Below are positions 57,675 through 64,000 of a DNA stretch of 64,000 nucleotides, piece after piece. Made by a program: the position numbers and the translations under genes. Source of the stretch: an uncultured Pelagibacteraceae bacterium (GTDB taxonomy: Bacteria > Pseudomonadota > Alphaproteobacteria > Pelagibacterales > Pelagibacteraceae); contig CACBYE010000004.1 in the NCBI GenBank assembly GCA_902543375.1, forward strand, positions 5,869 to 69,868, written 5' to 3'. Numbering within the stretch: the stretch's first letter is position 1; every line of letters starts with the position of its first letter. Below the pieces are notes generated by a model. That model was not told where the DNA came from. It saw nothing but the letters and a program-made list of their open reading frames with translations, and ran no database searches.

Positions 57675-59092
57675 TTTTTTTTTAAACTTTGAAAAGCTTT
57701 TAAAGCTGAGGCTCGTGCTTCTTCATGTATTACAATTGGTTTTGGATAATCTTCTCCAATGATTGTATTTATAGCTTGTTGATATTTTAATTCCATCTCC
57801 CATGGTTTATGAATAAACTTTTGTGGAACTTTATTTAATTCTGGCACCCATTTTTTTACATATAAGCCCTCTTTATCAAATTTTTCTCCTTGAAGGATAG
57901 GATTAAATATTCTGAAGTATGGAGCTGCATCCGCACCACAACCTGCAACCCATTGCCATTGTGCTACATTATTTGCTTTATTAAAATCTAATAAGCAATT
58001 TCTAAAATGTTTTTCACCTTCAGTCCAATTTATTCTTAAGTGCTTAACCAAAAAAGAACCTACAACCATTCTTATTCGATTGTGCATCCATCCAGTTTCG
58101 TAAAGTTCTCTCATTCCAGCATCTACAATAGGGTAACCTGTCATACCTGACTTCCATGCATTTAAAAATTTATTATTTTTTACCCAAGGAAATTTATCAA
58201 ATTCTTTCCTATAGTTTCCTTTTAAAAACTCTGGAAAATAATTAATTAAACTATGTGAAAACTCACGCCAACCTAATTCATTGATATATTTTCTGTAGCC
58301 AATTCCCTTCGATCCAATCTCGTTACATTTTTTCCAAATAGTATTTACATGAATTTGTCCATGTTTAATGTATGGAGATAATTTTGATGTGCCCTCAACT
58401 GATGGGTAATCTCTGGCAGATCCATAATCTTTTATTTTTTTGTTAATTAAATTATTTAGAATTTTTTTTGTCTCATCTTCAGAAACCTTCCAGTAATTTT
58501 CAAATTTTTTGTACCAATTATTTTTTGGAAGTACATCTTTTGGTTCTATACAGTTTTTAAAAAAAGAAAGCGTTTTTATTTTTTTTTTGATAACATAATT
58601 TTTACTTGGCGGTAATCCCAAAAATTTTTGCTCAGCATTTCTCCAAAAAGGAGTAAACACTTTAAATGGTGTACCATCATTTTTAGTTACTTCTTGAAAC
58701 TCATTTAAAATATTTCCTTTAAAATATTTAAACTCGATTTCATTTTTAACGAAAATATCCCTAATTTTTTTTCCTTTTTCAATTACGTCAGGTTCGTAAA
58801 TTTTATTCCAATATATTGAGTAATTATCTTTCTTTTTAATTTTTGAAAATATATCTAATTCATCTCCTGCCAGTATCTGAAGATTAATTTTGTATTTAGA
58901 TAATTCAGATCTAAATGTCTCTAGAGATTTTGAAAGCCACCATTTTTGGGCTTCTCTTTTATTGTCATAATCATGTTTATTATAAATGTATAGGGCGAGT
59001 ACATTTTCATGATTTTGAGTTGCGTAAGATAAAGCAGGATTATTTTCAATTCTAAAGTCCTCCCTTATCCACGTAATAGCATTTTTTGTCAT
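57671..59092 (-). CDS. phrB: Deoxyribodipyrimidine photolyase (class I CPD)
   Basis: TSKLSPY, WREF, TGYPIVDAGMREL, GWMHNR.RM, APYFRIFNP. Confidence 0.95.
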   Translation of the reverse strand: MTKNAITWIREDFRIENNPALSYATQNHENVLALYIYNKHDYDNKREAQKWWLSKSLETFRSELSKYKINLQILAGDELDIFSKIKKKDNYSIYWNKIYEPDVIEKGKKIRDIFVKNEIEFKYFKGNILNEFQEVTKNDGTPFKVFTPFWRNAEQKFLGLPPSKNYVIKKKIKTLSFFKNCIEPKDVLPKNNWYKKFENYWKVSEDETKKILNNLINKKIKDYGSARDYPSVEGTSKLSPYIKHGQIHVNTIWKKCNEIGSKGIGYRKYINELGWREFSHSLINYFPEFLKGNYRKEFDKFPWVKNNKFLNAWKSGMTGYPIVDAGMRELYETGWMHNRIRMVVGSFLVKHLRINWTEGEKHFRNCLLDFNKANNVAQWQWVAGCGADAAPYFRIFNPILQGEKFDKEGLYVKKWVPELNKVPQKFIHKPWEMELKYQQAINTIIGEDYPKPIVIHEEARASALKAFQSLKKN

Positions 59093-59101
59093 ATAAATTT
59101 T

Positions 59102-60223
59102 TTATCTTCTTCCTTTAGATAGCAGTTGTTTGTAAAGTTTGACATCTGCATTTCCTTCGCATCCTATTACCAATACATTTGAATCTTGATCAAGATTGAT
59201 CAATTTCCTCGTTTTTTTATCGTTACATATTCCAATTAAAGCAATTATTCCAGGTGTGGCACACTCACCACCTATTATCGAAGCTTTGCTAAATTTTTTA
59301 TCTTTTAATTTAGCTACTGCTCTTGCTACATTATTATCAGAAACCGAAACACAACAATTAGTCGCTTTTTTTAATATCTGCCATGGTACAAGAGACATCT
59401 CATTGCACGACATTCCACCCATAATACTTTCTTTTTTTATTTTTATCTTTTTTAATTTTTCACTTTTTATACTTTGGAGCACACAATCCGCTCTATCCGG
59501 CTCTACAACTATAATTTTAGGAATTCTCTTAAAGTATTTTGCTACTCCAGCCACTAAACCAGCAGCTAATCCTCCCACGCCGGCTTGAAGAAAAATATGA
59601 GTGATATATTGATTAGTTTGTTTAGAGATTTCCCTAATTAAAATAGAATAACCTGCCATAGTAAGTTGAGGCACATATTTATAATTTTTTGTTGAAACAT
59701 CCTGAATGATGCTCCAATTATTTTTTTTTGATAATATTTGGCATTTTTTTAAAGAGTTTTCATAATTTCCTTTAACTCTTATTACTTCAGCACCAAATTT
59801 TTTTATCTCATCTACCCTCGTTTTACTTACGTGTTGACTGACAAAAATTTTACATTTTAATTTTAATTTTTTTGCTCCCCAGGCTACAGATCTTCCATGA
59901 TTTCCAGCTGTAGCTGATGAGACAGTAATTTTATTTTTTCTTTTTGAGATTTTTTCTACAGCATATGCACCTCCTAAAGCCTTGAAAGATTTTAAATTAA
60001 ATCTTTTTGATTCGTCTTTGTAAAATATATTATTAAGCTTTAAATCTTTATTTAATTTATTTAAATTTAACAAAGGGGTAGGGTGGTAGCCTTTCCATTT
60101 TGATATACTTTTATAAGCGTCAATTAAAAATTTTGATGGCAAATATTTTAAAACATAATCTCTATTAAAATTATAATTTTTATTTAACAAAAGTTTAGAG
60201 TATTTAAATTTACGGTTTTGCAT
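59102..60223 (-). CDS. dpaL: Diaminopropionate ammonia-lyase (PLP, fold type II)
   Basis: KDES.RF.LKSFKALGG.YA, ATAGNHGR.VAWGA, QAGVGG. Confidence 0.85.
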   Translation of the reverse strand: MQNRKFKYSKLLLNKNYNFNRDYVLKYLPSKFLIDAYKSISKWKGYHPTPLLNLNKLNKDLKLNNIFYKDESKRFNLKSFKALGGAYAVEKISKRKNKITVSSATAGNHGRSVAWGAKKLKLKCKIFVSQHVSKTRVDEIKKFGAEVIRVKGNYENSLKKCQILSKKNNWSIIQDVSTKNYKYVPQLTMAGYSILIREISKQTNQYITHIFLQAGVGGLAAGLVAGVAKYFKRIPKIIVVEPDRADCVLQSIKSEKLKKIKIKKESIMGGMSCNEMSLVPWQILKKATNCCVSVSDNNVARAVAKLKDKKFSKASIIGGECATPGIIALIGICNDKKTRKLINLDQDSNVLVIGCEGNADVKLYKQLLSKGRR

Positions 60224-60399
60224 TTTAAAATTTTAAGCTAAAGTTAAATTATCATTAACGATAATTTTTTTTATATTCAAACTATAAATAAACCTATATT
60301 AATATAAATTATAAGTAATTTTATATTTAGAAATTCTATGTTAAGCTCTATTCAAGTATTAGTTGAAATTTTTATAACTTTAAAATTTAATAAAATTAT

Positions 60400-61350
60400 A
60401 TGGGCAAAATATTAATTATTGGTGGTGGAGCTATGGGTTCTGCGTTTTCAATTCCCTGCTTAGAGAACAATAATCTTGTTACTATCACAGAGCCGTACAA
60501 TAAAATTTTTATTAAAAATTTAAACTCAAAGAAAAAGTTTCATCCCTCTTTAAAGCTTAATCTTCCAAAAAAATTAAAATTCATGAATTATTCAAAAGAA
60601 ATATTCAAGAAAAGATTTGACTTAATAGTAATTGCCCTAAGTCTTGCAGGTATAGATTTTATTGGAAAAGAATTAAAAGATTTAAACATTAAAACCCCTT
60701 TATTGGTTCTTACCAAAGGACTAAAGTTTGATAAAAAAAAGAAAAAGATTTTAACAATTTCAGATTTATTAAAAAATAATTATCGAGTGGCAAATGTGTC
60801 AGTATTAAAAGGACCTTGTTTAGCTAAAGAATTAGCAAATAAAAATAAGACGAGCGTAGTTGTTGCTAATAAAAATATTAAAATAGCCAAATGGATTGGA
60901 AAACTTATATCTACTAAGTATTATTTAACTGAATTTTCAAAGGATGTTATTGGTATTGAAATCTGTTCAGCAATTAAGAATATATACGCAATGATCATTG
61001 GCTCAGGTCAAAATTTAAACGCTAAATCAGATTTATTTCAAAAAAGTGTGAATGAGATGAAATTTTTGATCAAATATTTCAAAGGAGACGTATCAACAAT
61101 ATTAGGACTTGCAGGTGTTGGTGATTTGTACGTAAGTGCTATTGGTGGAAGAAATAGTAAAATGGGAGATTTTCTTGGTAAAGGTTTTACATTCGCAATA
61201 GCAAAAAAAAGGTTTATGCCTAAAGATACTGTCGAGGGCGAGCAACTTGCTAGAGAAATCGCTCCATATATTTTAAGAAAGATTGATAAAAAAAAAATTC
61301 CATTAATGTATCATTTGTTAAGAACAATTATTTATAACAAAAAAATTTAA
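60400..61350 (+). CDS. NAD(P)H-dependent glycerol-3-phosphate dehydrogenase family protein (divergent)
   Basis: GGGAMG Rossmann, TKGL, KNIYA, GLAGVGDL, GRN, VEG. Confidence 0.75.
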   Translation: MGKILIIGGGAMGSAFSIPCLENNNLVTITEPYNKIFIKNLNSKKKFHPSLKLNLPKKLKFMNYSKEIFKKRFDLIVIALSLAGIDFIGKELKDLNIKTPLLVLTKGLKFDKKKKKILTISDLLKNNYRVANVSVLKGPCLAKELANKNKTSVVVANKNIKIAKWIGKLISTKYYLTEFSKDVIGIEICSAIKNIYAMIIGSGQNLNAKSDLFQKSVNEMKFLIKYFKGDVSTILGLAGVGDLYVSAIGGRNSKMGDFLGKGFTFAIAKKRFMPKDTVEGEQLAREIAPYILRKIDKKKIPLMYHLLRTIIYNKKI

Positions 61351-61354
61351 TTTT

Positions 61355-61438
61355 TTAAAAAATTAGGAAATTATTTTCTACTAGAAACCCAATTACGATA
61401 CCTATTAAAAGAGCAATGATTAGTTTTTTTTTGTCCAC
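61355..61438 (-). CDS. Putative 27-aa small membrane peptide (MDKKKLIIALLIGIVIGFLVENNFLIF)
   Basis: Read manually; GTG 3 nt after livM stop; basic N-terminus plus hydrophobic helix. Confidence 0.4.
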   Translation of the reverse strand: MDKKKLIIALLIGIVIGFLVENNFLIF

Positions 61439-61441
61439 TAA

Positions 61442-62512
61442 TTAAGATTTTTTACTTAAAGAAGATTTTAAATTTTTGACGTTCGAGGATTGTAATTTCA
61501 AACTCAATTTTTGTTTTAAATTTTCCCATAACTTGGCCATCCCTAAAGGCTCGTAAATCATAAATATAATCATTAAACCACCAAATATTACCTGTTCAAT
61601 TGATGAAATAATTGTAGCATCAATAGCTCCATGAAATACATTGTTTCCTACAGCATTCAAAAGAACTGGAAAAAGTAAGATAAAAGCTGCTCCAATAAAA
61701 GCACCATTTATTGTGCCAAGTCCACCTAAGATACACATAAATAATATTTTAAAAGATAATTTAATATCAAAAGCGACTGGCTCAAGAGATTTAAGATAAC
61801 AAAATGCAAAAAGAGCACCAGCTACTCCACAATAAAACGCACTGATAGCAAATGCCTGGACTTTGGTTTTTAATAATGAAACTCCCATTGACTCCGCAGC
61901 GATATCCATGTCTCTAACTGCCATCCAATTCCTACCAGTACTACCCCTAGCCATATTCATCGCTAGTAAAGTTAAAACTGTGGTAACAGCTAAACATACA
62001 AAATACATCGCTAATGGAGTTGTAAATGGTTTTCCTAAGATAACGATATCTTGGGCAGTAATAATTCCTGATGAATCGTAGTTTTTAAACCAACCAAATT
62101 TATCTATCATCCATATGATAAAAAACTGTGAAGCTAGAGTTGCCACCATCAGATAAATTCCCCTTACTTTCAAACTTGGTAGACCAAACAAAATTCCAAA
62201 AGCTGCTGCAATCAAACCTGACACTATTAGTGAGCCTACGAAACCAAGGTCAGGCACTCGCAAAATAAGGTTAAACATTGCAAAAGCACCAGCAGCCATA
62301 AAGCCAGCTGCTCCTAAAGCTAATTGTCCTGTATAACCCATAACAACTTGTTGTCCAATTGTAGCTAAGGCTAAGCAAAGCCAAGGAATTAATATGGAGG
62401 TGTACCAATATTCTGTTGTAATAAATGTTGGTATTACTAATACACTTAGAACCATACAAACAGCTAAGTTAATTAGGTCTTTTTTTGTGTAAGTCATAAA
62501 AACTGGTTTCAT
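61442..62512 (-). CDS. livM: Branched-chain amino acid-type ABC permease (LivM-like)
   Basis: GYTGQ, GIYLMVATLA, AVRD.DIAAE.MG, ILGGLG. Confidence 0.88.
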   Translation of the reverse strand: MKPVFMTYTKKDLINLAVCMVLSVLVIPTFITTEYWYTSILIPWLCLALATIGQQVVMGYTGQLALGAAGFMAAGAFAMFNLILRVPDLGFVGSLIVSGLIAAAFGILFGLPSLKVRGIYLMVATLASQFFIIWMIDKFGWFKNYDSSGIITAQDIVILGKPFTTPLAMYFVCLAVTTVLTLLAMNMARGSTGRNWMAVRDMDIAAESMGVSLLKTKVQAFAISAFYCGVAGALFAFCYLKSLEPVAFDIKLSFKILFMCILGGLGTINGAFIGAAFILLFPVLLNAVGNNVFHGAIDATIISSIEQVIFGGLMIIFMIYEPLGMAKLWENLKQKLSLKLQSSNVKNLKSSLSKKS

Positions 62513-62515
62513 AAA

Positions 62516-63424
62516 TTAAACTCTCCTAATGATTTTTTCTCCAAATAAACCTTCTGGTCTATATAATAAAAAGAATATTGCTAATACGTAAGGAGCCCAT
62601 CCCTCAATTGCTCCTCCAAAAAATGGTCCAATATAAACTTCTAATACTTTTTCTGTTGCACCAATAATTAAGCCACCTACAATTGCACCTGGAATAGACG
62701 AGAAACCACCTATAATTAGGACTGGTAAAGCTTTTAATGCTAAATCAACTAGAGCAAATTGAACACCAGCTCTTGCACCCCACATACACCCAGCGACTAA
62801 AGCTACAACTCCGGCAGCTGACCAAACTAATAACATTATATGTTTTAAAGGTATACCAATTGAACTAGCAGCACCCGCATCATCTGCTACAGCTCTTAAA
62901 CCGAGACCAATTTTTGTAAATTTGAATAAAAGGAATAAACCAATAATCATTAAAGCTGCCACTAATCCTGCAAAAATATCAAGCGCACTAATAAATAGTT
63001 TTAAATTATCAGCGATCCACGGTACTGGAAAGTCTCCAATACCCAAATCTAGTCTTCTTACTTCTACTCCCCATGCTGCTTGAGCAAGTCCTTCCAAAAC
63101 ATACCCTAGACCGATTGTGGCCATTAGTACTGTATCTTCGCTAGCATTCATTAGAGGTCTTAAAACTAATCTTTCAGTACATAAACCAACCACTACCATC
63201 AAAAGAGCAGCTAAAATAAATGCAAGCACAAAAGGTATATTAAAATCTTGCATGAAACCACAAAAGGCAAGCACAGAGAAGAAAACCATAGCCCCTTGTG
63301 AAAAGTTAAACGTTGCTGAGGCTTTAAAAATTAAAACGAATCCTAAAGCGACCAGAGAGTACATCGTACCAGCAAGCAAACCGCCAACTACAACTTCCAT
63401 GAAAAATAATAATTCATCAACCAT
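62516..63424 (-). CDS. livH: Branched-chain amino acid-type ABC permease (LivH-like)
   Basis: YSLVALGFVLI...NFSQG, GLRAVAD, RPEGLFG. Confidence 0.9.
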   Translation of the reverse strand: MVDELLFFMEVVVGGLLAGTMYSLVALGFVLIFKASATFNFSQGAMVFFSVLAFCGFMQDFNIPFVLAFILAALLMVVVGLCTERLVLRPLMNASEDTVLMATIGLGYVLEGLAQAAWGVEVRRLDLGIGDFPVPWIADNLKLFISALDIFAGLVAALMIIGLFLLFKFTKIGLGLRAVADDAGAASSIGIPLKHIMLLVWSAAGVVALVAGCMWGARAGVQFALVDLALKALPVLIIGGFSSIPGAIVGGLIIGATEKVLEVYIGPFFGGAIEGWAPYVLAIFFLLYRPEGLFGEKIIRRV

Positions 63425-63433
63425 ATGTTTATC

Positions 63434-64000
63434 CTAGTGTTCTACTCCTAAATAAGCGTCTATAACTTTTTGATTTGCCATTATTTCATCTGGTGTCCCA
63501 TCACCAATGACTTTGCCATAATCAAGTACAACCACTCTGTCTGATATATCCATAACTACTCCCATATCATGCTCAATAAGCACCATAGTTGTACCTAGTT
63601 CATCATTTACTTTTAAAATAAATCTACACATATCTCTTTTTTCCTCAACATTCATACCAGCCATAGGCTCATCTAATAAAATTATCGTAGAGTCTGTTGC
63701 AAGAGCTCGACCTAACTCAACTTTCTTTTGTAATCCATAAGGAAGTTTTCCAACTGGTGTGTCTTTAATATCTTCAATCTCTAAAAAACTAATTATTTCC
63801 TCTGATCTATCCCTGTTTAATTTTTCTTCTTTTTTTACTTTAGGAAGTTGTAAAGCGACCTCAAGAAAATTTGTTTTTGTATGAAGTTTTCTGCCAACTA
63901 AAATATTGTCTAAAACTGACATTCTTTTAAAAAGAGCCAAGTTTTGAAAAGTTCTAGATAAACCCATTTGAGCCATAATATTTGGAGTGATATTAGGTAT
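63434..64000 (-). CDS. livG: ABC ATP-binding subunit (LivG-like), 5' end outside window
   Basis: RTFQN, LPYG, LLDEP.AG, IEHDM, AYLG; frame stays open to the window edge. Confidence 0.9.
   Translation of the reverse strand: MPNITPNIMAQMGLSRTFQNLALFKRMSVLDNILVGRKLHTKTNFLEVALQLPKVKKEEKLNRDRSEEIISFLEIEDIKDTPVGKLPYGLQKKVELGRALATDSTIILLDEPMAGMNVEEKRDMCRFILKVNDELGTTMVLIEHDMGVVMDISDRVVVLDYGKVIGDGTPDEIMANQKVIDAYLGVEH

Noticed and set aside
60319..60346. dif site (CTATGTTAAG resembles a XerD arm)
   Set aside because: No recognisable XerC arm at the right spacing, and the XerD-like arm is mismatched.
1282..63437. Numerous 60-130 aa ORF-track entries nested in or antisense to real genes (e.g. 1282, 3554, 17369, 22467, 30261, 48047, 53399, 59196, 63117)
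   Set aside because: They overlap confidently identified genes and lack recognisable motifs.
1..64000. CRISPR array, IS elements, prophage, rRNA, known riboswitch
   Set aside because: No spaced repeats, transposase, integrase or phage structural genes; no intergenic region matched a riboswitch I could recognise by eye (an Rfam scan would be needed to exclude one).

Overview
Very AT-rich, gene-dense bacterial chromosome segment with tiny intergenic spaces and many overlapping stop/start codons. Gene content (proteorhodopsin-ferredoxin-reductase-GST block, alphaproteobacterial LexA boxes, Lys/Asn/Ile-rich proteins) points to Candidatus Pelagibacter (SAR11). It is mostly core genome: glyS, ppdK, nadC/nadA, tRNA-Leu(GAG), ygfZ, pyrC, prpE, blue-type proteorhodopsin, dksA, ppc, umuDC, tolC, recA, alaS, icd, psd/pssA, rlmE, guaB/guaA, panB, a PotABCD-like ABC transporter, a fadN-type enzyme, a ureohydrolase, argE, acnA, a bamB-like gene, zapE, photolyase, dpaL, a gpsA-like gene and a partial liv-type ABC operon. 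I found no mobile element, prophage, CRISPR array or rRNA. Main leads: (1) EutA-like racemase, EutD-like amidine hydrolase and an ABC importer without doeB/C/D but with ArgE and DpaL in the window, suggesting an undescribed route from a ring-contracted ectoine-like compound via 2,3-diaminopropionate to pyruvate (inference); (2) small membrane ORFs coupled to dksA and livM; (3) structured or palindromic DNA upstream of proteorhodopsin; (4) a LexA box, GANTC repeat and DnaA-box cluster at umuD.
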